Notes under the pieces: generated by a model | The model's input: only the letters and a program-made list of their open reading frames with translations | Told to the model about the DNA's origin: nothing | The model's database searches: none | Position numbers and translations under genes: made by a program | DNA from: a virus | IMG/VR virus record: IMGVR_UViG_3300037419_001822 | Location: 32,001 to 96,000 of that record | Length of the DNA: 64,000 bases | Strand: one strand, 5' to 3' | In this document: in pieces, positions 9,779 through 19,336 of the stretch | Numbering within the stretch: position 1 is the first letter of the stretch | Layout of the letters: every line of letters begins with the position of its first letter

Positions 9779-10654
9779 ATGGCTGACGTTCGCGCCGAGG
9801 TCGCCAAGCGCGACGAGGTGCCCCGCGCCTCCGCCCTGGTCACCCAGTACAAGCAGGACTTCACCACCGTCCTGCCCTCGCACCTCAAGGCCGACACCTG
9901 GGTCCGGGTGGCCCAGGGCGCGCTCAAGCGGGGCAAGAAACTGGAGGGTGACCGGCACGGCCGCACCGAGCTGGAGGTCGCCGCGCTGAACAACCCGGCG
10001 GCGTTCCTGTCGGCGATGCTCGACGCCGCCCGCCTCGGCCTGGAGCCGGGCACCGAGGAGTTCTACCTCACCCCGCGCAAGGTCAAAGGCCGCCTGGAGA
10101 TCCTCGGCATCACCGGCTGGCAGGGCCTGGTCGCCCTCATGTACCGCGCCGGTGCCGTCGCCTCCGTCGTCGCCAACGTCGTCCGCGAGAAGGACGACTA
10201 CGACTACGAGGAGGGCGTCCACGACGTCCCCAAGCACCGCTACCAGAAGTTCGCCGGGGCCAAGATCCGAGGCAAGATCATCGGCGTCTACGCCTACGCC
10301 AAGATGACCAACGGCGCGATCTCCAAGGTCATCGAGCTGGGCCAGGAAGACATCGACCGGATCAAGAAGTCCTCCCAGGGCGCCGACTCCCCGTACTCCC
10401 CGTGGCAGCAGCACGAGGAAGCCATGTGGCTCAAGTCGGCCGTCCGGCAGCTCGCCAAGTGGGTGCCCACCTCGGCCGAGCGCATCCCCGCCGGGGACGT
10501 CGTGCACGTCGACTCGGCGCGCGGCGACCACCCGCCGATGACCCTCCCCGCCCCGGCCGGTGGCCTGGACGAGCACTGGGTCGAGTACGACGAGGACGGC
10601 GACATCCACGACGCCGAGGTGGTCGACGTCGCCACCGGCGAGGTCAAGGCGTGA
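9779..10654 (+). CDS. recT: RecT-family single-strand annealing protein
   Basis: AARLGLEPG, FYLTP, GWQGLVALMYRAG, SPW, EAMWLKSAVRQLAKWVP; GGAAGG RBS. Confidence 0.93.
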   Translation: MADVRAEVAKRDEVPRASALVTQYKQDFTTVLPSHLKADTWVRVAQGALKRGKKLEGDRHGRTELEVAALNNPAAFLSAMLDAARLGLEPGTEEFYLTPRKVKGRLEILGITGWQGLVALMYRAGAVASVVANVVREKDDYDYEEGVHDVPKHRYQKFAGAKIRGKIIGVYAYAKMTNGAISKVIELGQEDIDRIKKSSQGADSPYSPWQQHEEAMWLKSAVRQLAKWVPTSAERIPAGDVVHVDSARGDHPPMTLPAPAGGLDEHWVEYDEDGDIHDAEVVDVATGEVKA

Positions 10655-10941
10655 GCCGCAGCACCGCCCGGACCCTGCGCGACGCGGCGGCCCACCTGGA
10701 GGCCCACGGCTGGACCCAGGGACGCCAGTTCGACGGCCAGCGGGCCTGCCTGGTCGGCTCCCTGCGCCGGGCGCTCGGCCTGGGCTTGCAGATGTGGACC
10801 GGGCCGCTGCAGGACGCGCACGACGCCGTCGCCAGGCACCTGCGCGACGTGCCCGTCCTGTGGAACGACGCCCCGGGCCGCACCCCGGCCGAGGTGGTCA
10901 AGGAGCTGCTCACCGTGGCCGACCTGGAGGACGTGGCATGA
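10651..10941 (+). CDS. DUF6197-like protein (copy 1)
   Basis: LEAHGWTQG...CLVGSL...WNDAPGRTPAEVV. Confidence 0.75.
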   Translation: MSRSTARTLRDAAAHLEAHGWTQGRQFDGQRACLVGSLRRALGLGLQMWTGPLQDAHDAVARHLRDVPVLWNDAPGRTPAEVVKELLTVADLEDVA

Positions 10942-11180
10942 CCACCGCCCTGCTGGTCGCGGTCCTCGTCGTCCTGGCCGGGCTGACGCTCGTCCTCGCC
11001 GGACGCCGCCAGGACTCCAGCCGCACCAAGTACAAGCAGCTCACCGAGCAGAACCTGCGGCTGCGCAGGCTCGTCCGCGAGATCGAGGTCGAGGCCCGCG
11101 CCCAGACCGCCCTCGGCAACACCGTCTTCGAGCCCACCCTCGCCCTGATCACCGACTACCGAGAGAAGGAAGCAGCATGA
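10938..11180 (+). CDS. Small membrane-anchored coiled-coil protein
   Basis: N-terminal hydrophobic helix. Confidence 0.7.
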   Translation: MTTALLVAVLVVLAGLTLVLAGRRQDSSRTKYKQLTEQNLRLRRLVREIEVEARAQTALGNTVFEPTLALITDYREKEAA

Positions 11181-11926
11181 CCCACCCCCTGCGGCTGGCA
11201 ACCGGATCCCACGACGCCGGGTCCGGCAAGGGCTGCGCGATGAACGTGATCTCCTGGGAGTCCGGGGACGCCGTCATCACCGACCTGCCCGCCTGCGCCG
11301 ACGAGATGCTCGCCAAGGTCGTGCAGCAGATCAACGACTCCCACTGCGACCACCGCGACGGCGACCTGCTGTGCCCGCCCTGCTCGATCGAGGTGCTGGC
11401 CCTGGCCCACCGCACGGTCGGCACCGGCGGGCCGCTCACCGAGGAGCGCAAGCAGGTGTGGGTGCGGATGGCCATCCACTACGCCCTCAAGGCGCTCCCC
11501 CTGGTGCCCGAGTCCCGCAGGACGGAGGACGGCCCCACGCTGCGGGAGCAGGCCGAGCAGGTGATCCGGGCGGCGTCCGCGTGGCTGCGCTCCCCGGACC
11601 CGGGCCGCGCGCACGAGGCCGGTCGGCTGGCCAACAAGGTCTACACCTCCTACGCGGAGGTGGGTCAGGCCTACACCGGCCTGGCCTCCGCCCGCGCCGC
11701 CGCCTGGTCCGTCTACTACGACAGCCTGAACGCCACCGCCACCGACGCGTCCGACGCGGTCATCTTCTCCCTCCTGGCCCGCCACCAGCACGACCCGGCC
11801 GCCCGGCTGGCCGAGGCGCACCGGCTGATCGACCTGTTCGCCGAGCTGACCGGCCACACCGAGCAGCAGCCGGACCCGCTCCGCACCGCCGTCGCCGTCG
11901 GGGCCATGCAGCGGGTGACCGCGTGA
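11177..11926 (+). CDS. Hypothetical actinophage protein
   Basis: LATGSH..GKGCAMNVISW..DLPAC N-terminus; GC3-rich 249 aa. Confidence 0.8.
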   Translation: MTHPLRLATGSHDAGSGKGCAMNVISWESGDAVITDLPACADEMLAKVVQQINDSHCDHRDGDLLCPPCSIEVLALAHRTVGTGGPLTEERKQVWVRMAIHYALKALPLVPESRRTEDGPTLREQAEQVIRAASAWLRSPDPGRAHEAGRLANKVYTSYAEVGQAYTGLASARAAAWSVYYDSLNATATDASDAVIFSLLARHQHDPAARLAEAHRLIDLFAELTGHTEQQPDPLRTAVAVGAMQRVTA

Positions 11927-12357
11927 AGGCCGCCGGGGTCACCATCGTCGTCCTCGTCCTGCTCATCGCCGGTGGTCTCGGGCTGCGCTGGATCCTCGCC
12001 GAACCCTCCGGGGCGGTGCAGCAACGCGAGATGACCGTCGGCAACGGCGCGTACCGCATCTCCGCCTACGAGGAGTTCTACCAGGAGTGCAGCTCGGCGC
12101 TGACCGCGCAGCAGAACCTGGCCAACGCCATCTCGGCCGCGCACGCCGAGAACGTCGACCCCACCCGGCAGGCGCAGCTCGACGCCAACGTGACCGCGCT
12201 GACCAACGTGCTCAACCGGGCGGTCAACGACTACAACGCGCACGCCCGGGAGACCGACACGCGGGCGCACTTCCTGTCCTCAGACCTGCCGTTCGAGATC
12301 CAGGTCGACCCGACCGACCCGACCAACCCGCCGATCGACTGCAAGGTGGCCAACTGA
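11923..12357 (+). CDS. Membrane-anchored extracytoplasmic protein
   Basis: N-terminal TM followed by helical domain with two Cys. Confidence 0.75.
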   Translation: MKAAGVTIVVLVLLIAGGLGLRWILAEPSGAVQQREMTVGNGAYRISAYEEFYQECSSALTAQQNLANAISAAHAENVDPTRQAQLDANVTALTNVLNRAVNDYNAHARETDTRAHFLSSDLPFEIQVDPTDPTNPPIDCKVAN

Positions 12358-12359
12358 TC

Positions 12360-12766
12360 ATGTGCGTGTCCCTGGACGACGCCCCCTGGAAGAACCGTCC
12401 GTACACCGAAGAGGATCGCCGTCGGGACGAGAGCCGCAGGTTGATGGTCAGCCAGTTCATCGGTGGCGCTCTCCAGCTCGTCAAGTGCCCGACCTGCTAC
12501 GCCCTCCTGGAGGAGGGCGACCTGCCCCTGCACAACGTGGACGGCCACCACTCCTGATGTGCTCCCCGATGCCCGACGACGACCCGCTGGAGAACCACCC
12601 GGAGATGTACCCCGAGCGGTACGCGCCGCCGGTCTGCTACCGCTACCCCACCTGCGAGGGCTACCTCGACGTCTCCCACCCGCTCGACCCGTACTGGGAG
12701 TACCCCGGCGACTGCACCTGGCCGGACTGCTCCACCCCACCCACGAAAGGCACACCCACCCCGTGA
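12360..12766 (+). CDS. Two small Cys-containing ORFs (12360-12557, 12557-12766)
   Basis: Coupled ORFs. Confidence 0.55.
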
Positions 12767-13320
12767 AGCTCAAGAAGCCCCTCGTCAGCGTGGTCGCCCT
12801 CGGTGCCGCCCTGCTGCTCACCGCCGGTGCCTGCGACGACAGCCCGTCGTCCACGCAGTCCGAGGCCCAGTCCCAGCACAACTCCTACGACGCGCAGGTC
12901 AAGCGGCAGCCCGCACACAGCATGCACTACTCGCCGACCCGCGACACGATCAACGGCTGGATCGACACCTGGGACGACCCGAACGCCGTCTCCTACGTGT
13001 ACCTGCAGGGTGGCGACGGCAAGCTGCTGGGCTACTACGTGCTCAAGGGCCGCCCGGTCACGATGTGCGCCGCGCTGACCCCGACCTGGCAGTTCGTCGG
13101 CACCCCGAAGGACGGCTCGGACGTCCAGGACCAGCAGGTGCCCGCCCCCGGCGTGGACGGCGTCTACTACTCCGGCGGCCAGTGCAACGACTACTACGGG
13201 TTCACCACCGACGGCACGTACATCGAGTACACGGTCGGCCAGGGCATCAACGTTCTTCTGTACAACCAGCCGCTGCCGCAGGCCAACAACGTCCCCAACC
13301 TCGCCCCGACGGGCCGGTGA
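12763..13320 (+). CDS. Lipoprotein
   Basis: KLKK + hydrophobic stretch + lipobox LTAGAC; GAAAGG RBS. Confidence 0.8.
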   Translation: MKLKKPLVSVVALGAALLLTAGACDDSPSSTQSEAQSQHNSYDAQVKRQPAHSMHYSPTRDTINGWIDTWDDPNAVSYVYLQGGDGKLLGYYVLKGRPVTMCAALTPTWQFVGTPKDGSDVQDQQVPAPGVDGVYYSGGQCNDYYGFTTDGTYIEYTVGQGINVLLYNQPLPQANNVPNLAPTGR

Positions 13321-13327
13321 CCGCCTG

Positions 13328-13678
13328 ATGCGCGCCGACATCGCCGCCACCCTGACCGCCGCCGCCGACGTCCTGGAACGGGACGGCTGGTCCCAGCGCG
13401 TCGCGCACCACCCGGACGGCGGCCACTGCGTCCTGGGGGCCATCGCCCTGGTCACCGGCTACCACCGCAACCTGGGACACCAGGCCCATTCACGCATCCC
13501 GCTGATGGCTTGCTGCGAGGAGAACGAGCGGGCCATGCACGAGGCGGCCCGCGAGTTCGCCGAGTTCATCGGCCACGACGGGACCGCGAACATCCCGCTG
13601 TGGAACGACGACCCGCTGCGCACCCCGGAGGAGGTCGTCAAGACCGTCCGAGCGGCAGCCGCCGAGGCCGCCGCATGA
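13328..13678 (+). CDS. DUF6197-like protein (copy 2)
   Basis: LERDGWSQ...CVLGAI...WNDDPLRTPEEVV. Confidence 0.75.
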   Translation: MRADIAATLTAAADVLERDGWSQRVAHHPDGGHCVLGAIALVTGYHRNLGHQAHSRIPLMACCEENERAMHEAAREFAEFIGHDGTANIPLWNDDPLRTPEEVVKTVRAAAAEAAA

Positions 13679-14058
13679 CCGAGCGGCAGCCGCCGATGTC
13701 GGACGAGGAGGTGTCCCGCCTGCTCACCGACTGCATCAACGCGACCATCCGCTTCGACTCGAAGACGGTGGGCGCGCTGATGGACCGGATCTTCCTGGAG
13801 GGCACCGCCGAGGACGGCATGCGGTTCGCGCTGGGCTGCATGCAGTTGATCGCCACCCACGCCTCCCCGGGGGAGGCGCTGTACCTGCAGATGATGGCCG
13901 ACCTGGTGTCGGGGGATCCGGACCGGGCGCTGAACCGGTGGATCGAGTCGCTGCTGACGCAGCAGGTCGTGCCGACCGGGGCCCCCGGGGGGTCGATCGG
14001 GGTGGCGTTGCGGCAGGCGGCGGCGATGGTCGGCCGGGGGCGGGCGAAGTTGCAGTGA
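13675..14058 (+). CDS. Hypothetical helical protein (probable paralogue of 15074-15526)
   Basis: Shares LYLQMMADLVSGD / IFVQMIAAVVAGD pattern. Confidence 0.7.
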   Translation: MTERQPPMSDEEVSRLLTDCINATIRFDSKTVGALMDRIFLEGTAEDGMRFALGCMQLIATHASPGEALYLQMMADLVSGDPDRALNRWIESLLTQQVVPTGAPGGSIGVALRQAAAMVGRGRAKLQ

Positions 14059-14103
14059 CGGGTTTCCGCACGCCTATTGCGTCTAACGCCTTAAGACAGG
14101 AGG

Positions 14104-14724
14104 ATGACGGTCGTGACCGCTGACCCCCTCAAGCCCGGCATGCTGTTCCTGTACCACGGGGAGTCGTGGGTCAGCCGGTCCATCTCCTCGGCGCAGGCGT
14201 TCGTCCGGGGCGGCAGCTTCTACTCGCACGCCGGTCTGTACCTGGGCGACGGGAAGATCATCGAGGCCATGCCCTCCGGGGCGCGGATCTGCGACTTCTC
14301 CCCGGCCTACGACCACGCGACGGTGTTGTGGTCGGACGCCCCGATCCAGCGGGCGCTGGCCTCGGGCGTGGTGGACGAGGCCGAGCTGCGCGCCCGGGTG
14401 GTCGAAGAGGCCCGCAAGCTGGAAGGCACCCCCTACAGCTACTCCGACTACCTGGCCATCGCCGCCGTCGAGTGGAAATGGCCCGGCTGGGAGAAGCTGC
14501 GCAGCTACGTCGCCTCCTCCGGCCGCCTCATCTGCTCCGCGCTGGTCGACCGCGCGTTCCTGAACGCCGGGATCCACCTGTTCGATGACCGGCGCCTACC
14601 CGGCGACGTCACCCCCGGCGACCTGGACCGCTACGACCAGCACTGGGTCCGCGAACGGCTCGGCTCCGTCGAGACCCGGCTGCGCCGCATCGAGACCCAC
14701 CTCGGGCTGGAGGTGTGGGCATGA
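14104..14724 (+). CDS. Permuted papain-like NlpC/P60 (YiiX/YebB-like) enzyme
   Basis: YSHAGLYLGDGKIIEA (His first), GTPYSY, LICSALV (Cys later). Confidence 0.85.
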   Translation: MTVVTADPLKPGMLFLYHGESWVSRSISSAQAFVRGGSFYSHAGLYLGDGKIIEAMPSGARICDFSPAYDHATVLWSDAPIQRALASGVVDEAELRARVVEEARKLEGTPYSYSDYLAIAAVEWKWPGWEKLRSYVASSGRLICSALVDRAFLNAGIHLFDDRRLPGDVTPGDLDRYDQHWVRERLGSVETRLRRIETHLGLEVWA

Positions 14725-15077
14725 GCAGCGCCTCCCGCAGGTCGCGGGGCTCAGAGACGCAGCTCATCGCCGCCGAGTGGTGGCGCGGCAACGGCTTCCC
14801 GTACTGCGTGGACGCCGGGGCCGGACGCCAGGGCCGGGACCTGCTGAACCTCCCCGGCCTCGCGGGCGAGGTGAAGGGGCGGGCCAACTTCGACCCGCTG
14901 GCCTGGATCCGGCAGGCCAGCTCCAACGCGCACGGCGACCTGCCGTTCGTGCAGTTGCGCTGCAACGGGCAGGGCCCGGCGTCGATCGCCGACTGGCCGG
15001 TGCTGCTGCGCACCTTCGACTTCACGTTCCTGGTCCGCCGGGCCGGGTTCGGAGACCCCCTGGAGGAGTCCGCATGA
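14721..15077 (+). CDS. Holliday junction resolvase-like PD-(D/E)xK nuclease
   Basis: RSRGSETQ...GRD...GEVK pattern of Hjc-like phage resolvases. Confidence 0.75.
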   Translation: MSSASRRSRGSETQLIAAEWWRGNGFPYCVDAGAGRQGRDLLNLPGLAGEVKGRANFDPLAWIRQASSNAHGDLPFVQLRCNGQGPASIADWPVLLRTFDFTFLVRRAGFGDPLEESA

Positions 15078-15526
15078 TGCAACCGCCCGAGATCGTGGAC
15101 CTGGTCGGGGATCTGGTCGAGGCCCGGATGATGGGCGACCGGCCCCGGCTGGTCGACATGATCGACCGGCTGCTGAAAGGCCCGGTCGCCGACACCCTGA
15201 ACGTGACCCTGGTGCTGGCCGGGCTGATGGCCCAGGACGCGCCGAAGCCCCAGGCGGGGGAGCTGGCCATCAGGGTGGTCCGGGTCGCGCCGGACGGCGA
15301 TGAGACCCCGGGGGACACCGGCGACCTGCCCCCGCACATCCGGATCTTCGTGCAGATGATCGCGGCCGTGGTCGCCGGGGACCGGGAGATGGCCCGGGAC
15401 CTGTTCGTCGGCTACGTGGGCAGCGACGGCACGCGGGCGTTGCCGCTGCTGACGTACGCACTGACCGAGGTGGCGCACGCCGAGCTGGGCTGCTGCACCC
15501 CCAACACGATCGAGGAGGCGTCGTGA
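15074..15526 (+). CDS. Hypothetical helical protein
   Basis: GGAGGAG RBS; coupled ORF. Confidence 0.7.
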   Translation: MMQPPEIVDLVGDLVEARMMGDRPRLVDMIDRLLKGPVADTLNVTLVLAGLMAQDAPKPQAGELAIRVVRVAPDGDETPGDTGDLPPHIRIFVQMIAAVVAGDREMARDLFVGYVGSDGTRALPLLTYALTEVAHAELGCCTPNTIEEAS

Positions 15527-16156
15527 GCTGGCAGGAGGCCGCGAACCACCTGGAGCGCGCCGTCGAGGAGCTGCGGAAGGTGCGCGTCCGCTACGCCGAC
15601 GCCAGCCTGCACCCGGACAAGAAGCGGGCCCGGCTGGCCGCGATCGACTCCAAGATCGACGCCCTGAACGGCGTGTACATCCCGCCGCCGAACTGCTGGC
15701 CGTGGTGCGACGACGGGGTGGACGCGTGACCGCGCAGCTCTGCCCGAAGTGCCAGGGGCAGGGCGTCGTATCCCGCCCGCCGTGGATCCCGGCCGACGTC
15801 CAGGCCTGGAACGGCCCGCTGATCACCTACACGTGCAATCTCTGCGGGGGTCGCATGGTGATCGACGCGGAGGTGGTGCTGTCTGGCATCTCAGAATCCA
15901 CCCCCTCGCGGCTGACCCCTTCCCCAGGAACTACTGCTGGGCCTGACAGTAGGGGTGCGGTGTGATGGAGCCCGGTTCCTGCGACCTGTTCACCGCCGCC
16001 GAGGACCCCGAGCTGCAGCCGGGGTGGCTCTGGCGCGAGGAGCGCACCCCCGGCGGATGGGTGATCCGCGAGACCGCGTTCACCCTCAACGGCTACACGT
16101 CGGTCGACATCTACGGGCCCGGGGGCGAGCTGGTCTGGCGAGGAGCCCGGCGATGA
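15523..16156 (+). CDS. Three small ORFs (15523-15729; 15726-15965 with CPKCQGQG/CNLCGG DnaJ-like Zn motif; 15962-16156)
   Basis: GTGA overlaps; Cys motifs. Confidence 0.6.
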
Positions 16157-16761
16157 ACTTCGTGCACCCGCCGTCGGAGAGCCGCCTGGCCGCCCGCGCG
16201 GTCGCGCTGCACGCCGGTGGCAGCCGCGCCGAGCAGAAAGAGCTGCTGGCCATGCTCGGCCTGCTCTCCGACGACGGGCAGCTCCAGGAACTGCCCGCGT
16301 TCGTCATCCCGGCCTACAACATCGACGGCTCCGTCGAGACCCGCCCCGACCCCGTGTGCTACAAGCAGCCCCCCTGGGACCGCTCCTCGGTGCCGCCCGG
16401 CCTGCGCAACCTGGCCCCGCCGGTCAAGGCCCCGGCCCCGCCCCGGCCCCGGCCCAAGCGGGTCGCCGTGGTGTCCGGCTGCGGCGAGCAGCGGGGCACG
16501 GTGAACGGCCGCAACCGGCACCGCCGGGAGGGCTCGCCGGTGTGCGACGACTGCCGTCAGGCCTGGAACGAGTACCAGCGGGCGCTGCGGCAGACCGCGT
16601 CGGCGCCCAACCCCGACCTGCCACCCCGGCCGGAGAAGTGCGGCACCCTGGCCGGTCGCTCCAACCACGTCCGGCGCGGCGAAGAGCTGTGCCGGGCCTG
16701 CAAGGACGCCGCGAACGCGCACGCCCGCGCCCGGCGGGCACAGAGGAAGGAGGCAGCATGA
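16153..16761 (+). CDS. Zn-finger repeat protein (CG..G...H.R.G...C..C units), paralogue of 17146-17949
   Basis: Two repeat units; shared N-terminal domain. Confidence 0.75.
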   Translation: MNFVHPPSESRLAARAVALHAGGSRAEQKELLAMLGLLSDDGQLQELPAFVIPAYNIDGSVETRPDPVCYKQPPWDRSSVPPGLRNLAPPVKAPAPPRPRPKRVAVVSGCGEQRGTVNGRNRHRREGSPVCDDCRQAWNEYQRALRQTASAPNPDLPPRPEKCGTLAGRSNHVRRGEELCRACKDAANAHARARRAQRKEAA

Positions 16762-17072
16762 TCATCGACCAGCACAACTGGCGGTTGTTCGCCCGCTGCG
16801 CCCAGGAGGTCCGCGCGGGTCGCGCCGACCCCGCCTGGTGGGACTCCCGGCTGGACACCCCCGACGACGAGCCGTCCGAGACGAAGGAACAGCGCGCCGC
16901 CCGGCACGCCAAGGCCAAGGCCGTATGCCAGGGCTGCCCCCTGGAGGTGCAGGCCTTCTGCCTGGCCCAGGTGAAGCCTGGGGTGGACGAGGGTGTGCGG
17001 GTGGGCCTGGTGCTGACCGAGATCCCCGCCGGGCAGGCGGGCAACCGGCGGAACCTGTCGCTGTCGGCGTAG
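16758..17072 (+). CDS. whiB: WhiB-family Fe-S transcription factor
   Basis: W..ARC ... AKAVCQGCP ... FCL ... EGVRVG: four Cys and GV-turn motif; strong RBS. Confidence 0.8.
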   Translation: MIIDQHNWRLFARCAQEVRAGRADPAWWDSRLDTPDDEPSETKEQRAARHAKAKAVCQGCPLEVQAFCLAQVKPGVDEGVRVGLVLTEIPAGQAGNRRNLSLSA

Positions 17073-17096
17073 GCTGTCGGCCGCTGCCCGCACGTA

Positions 17097-17125
17097 TTGA
17101 CAGACGCGTAGACGTAGCTCACGAT
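17097..17125 (+). promoter_or_regulatory. Putative promoter
   Basis: TTGACA-N17-CACGAT with overlapping GTAGAC motifs. Confidence 0.5.
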
Positions 17126-17145
17126 CGTGTAGACACAAAGGCTAG

Positions 17146-17949
17146 GTGCCTCAAATGCTCTCCGCTCCCCCCATGGTCAGCCGGAACCGCGCGGCTGCCC
17201 GCACCATCGTCACCGCCGTCCAGGACGGCCTGCTGCCCGACCTGGGCGCGGCCCGCGACATCATGGAAGCCCTCGGCCTGGTCGCCCCCGGCGGCACCGA
17301 GATCCTGCCCGACCCGCACGACCTGATGGTCGGCCCCGGCGAGGTCGAGTTCCGGCCGCTGCCCCGCGCCGACATCTCCGGCCCGGACCTGCGCGAGCCC
17401 CCGGTGGACCGGCGGTTCGTCCCCGAGGGGCTGCGCAACTACTCGGCCCGCAAGCCGCCCACCGAGCGGCCCCGGTGCGGCAGCCCCAACGGATACCGCG
17501 ACCATCTCGCCGCCGGGGAGAACGCCTGCCTGCCCTGCGCCGACGCCTGGCGGGACAAGCGCGCCGAGGAGCGCGCCGCCAAGCCCAAGACCGGCAAGCC
17601 CGGCCAGCCGCGCAAGGAGATCGAGCACGGCACCGAACGCGGCCACGCCATGCACCGCCGCCGGGGCATCCCGCTGTGCGACGACTGCCGCGCCGCCGAG
17701 AAGGAGGCCCGGCGGATCCGGAAGGAGCGGAAGGTCGCAGCCGGTGAGCTGCCCGCCCCGCCCCGGCGGATCGAGGAGCGGGAGTCCCCGATCGAGCACG
17801 GCACGAACGCGGGCTACATGAAGGAGCGCCGCCGGAAGCTGCCGATCTGCGACCCGTGCCGCCGCGCCGCCACCCTGCACCGGGCCAAGAACAAGGCCGC
17901 CAGCCAGGAGCGGAAGAACACCCAGGCCCAGGAGGAGCGAGCCGCATGA
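17146..17949 (+). CDS. Zn-finger repeat protein (three CG/HGT...C..C units)
   Basis: Repeats in translation; paralogue of 16153-16761. Confidence 0.8.
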   Translation: MPQMLSAPPMVSRNRAAARTIVTAVQDGLLPDLGAARDIMEALGLVAPGGTEILPDPHDLMVGPGEVEFRPLPRADISGPDLREPPVDRRFVPEGLRNYSARKPPTERPRCGSPNGYRDHLAAGENACLPCADAWRDKRAEERAAKPKTGKPGQPRKEIEHGTERGHAMHRRRGIPLCDDCRAAEKEARRIRKERKVAAGELPAPPRRIEERESPIEHGTNAGYMKERRRKLPICDPCRRAATLHRAKNKAASQERKNTQAQEERAA

Positions 17950-18332
17950 CCGGCATGGAACACACCGCGCACATCCACGGGCTGTGCGCGCTCAACGGGG
18001 ACTGGCGCACCCGCACCCGCATCACCGAGCTGTCCAAGTGGGTGGACGACGCCAACGCCGACCGGGGCGAGGCGCTGACCTGGTCCCGGGTGGCCAAGGT
18101 CGGCGAGGAGTCCGGCGAGGCCCTCTCGGCCCTGCTCGGCTACGTCGGCCAGAACCCGCGCAAGGGCTACTACGCCGACGCCCAGGAGGTGGTCAAGGAG
18201 CTGCTCGACGTCGCCCTGGCCGCCCTCGGCGCGGTCGAGCACATGACCGACAACAAGGGACACGCGCTGCGGCTGTTCCGCGAGCACGTCGAGGCCATCC
18301 ACGCCCGCGCCGGTCTGGGGGCGACCGCATGA
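17946..18332 (+). CDS. MazG-like nucleotide pyrophosphohydrolase
   Basis: KVGEESGE...GQNPRKG...KELLDVA (ExxE...ExxD). Confidence 0.88.
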   Translation: MTGMEHTAHIHGLCALNGDWRTRTRITELSKWVDDANADRGEALTWSRVAKVGEESGEALSALLGYVGQNPRKGYYADAQEVVKELLDVALAALGAVEHMTDNKGHALRLFREHVEAIHARAGLGATA

Positions 18333-18971
18333 CCTGCCCGGACGTTCTCAACGAGGACGGCGTCCGCGCCCGCTGCACCCGGCGGGTCGCCCACACCGAC
18401 CCCGAGATGCACGCCGTCGAGGCCGGGGGGCGGGTGCTGCTCTCGTGGACCGGCCCCGCCTACCCGCCGCCGGTGCTGCCCGTCCCGGGGGAGGTTGTCG
18501 CGTGAGCTTCCTCGACCGCGTCCAGGCCATCGTCGCCGAGATCGGCTACCGGGACGGCTACCGGTGGGACGTCGGCACCGAGCCCACCCACCCGTTCGGG
18601 CCGGTGTACATCGAGCTGCAGCACTGGCGGCCGGACGCCGTCACCGGCGAGATGGCCTGGGGATACGGCGGCAAGCGCTTCCTGCCGCCCACGGCGAACG
18701 ACTCGGAGATCGTCCGCGCCCTCTTCTCCGCCGCCCTCTCCTACGAGGAACACGAGGTCCGCGAGTTCTTCACCTACAAGGGAGCCCGGATCTACGGCCC
18801 GCACATCTCGGTGGAAGCGCTCGCCGAGGTGGCCGACCGGGTGGACTTCCGGTGATCGGCACCGTCCTCCTTCTGGCCCTGGCGATGGTCCTCGCCGTCT
18901 TCGCCGCCGCCGCCGTCGTCGTCCGCCTGGACGACTTCCTCCACCGAGACCGCAAGGAGAAGCAGCGGTGA
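18329..18971 (+). CDS. Three small ORFs (18329-18505; 18502-18855 with EEHEVREFF motif; 18852-18971 TM peptide)
   Basis: Coupled ORFs. Confidence 0.6.
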
Positions 18972-19336
18972 TCACCGCCACCGTCACCGGCCGGATCAAC
19001 GGCCAGGCCATCCTCGTCCGGTTCGACTACGACGTCGCCGACCCCTACGCCATCAAGGTCACCTTCGAGGGTGGCGTGGTGTGGCACATCGACCGCGAGC
19101 TGCTCAGCGGCGGGCTCCGGCACCGCGTCGGCGAGGGCGACGTCCGGATCTGGCCCACCTCGGCGCTCGACTTCTGCATGGTCCTGCGCAACCCGAGGGC
19201 GGGGGACTGCTACATCTCGATGCCCCGCGCGCCGATCGACAAGTTCTCCGCCCAGGTCCAGGCCACGGCCGCGTGGAGCACGCCGCAGGTGTCGATGGAC
19301 GCCGAGCTGGACCGCCTGCTCGGCCGGAGCGCCTGA
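18968..19336 (+). CDS. SsgA-like protein (SALP) sporulation/cell-division regulator
   Basis: YDVADPYAIKVTF...W.IDRELL..GL...VGEGDVRIWP...MDAELDRLL SALP signature. Confidence 0.85.
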   Translation: MITATVTGRINGQAILVRFDYDVADPYAIKVTFEGGVVWHIDRELLSGGLRHRVGEGDVRIWPTSALDFCMVLRNPRAGDCYISMPRAPIDKFSAQVQATAAWSTPQVSMDAELDRLLGRSA

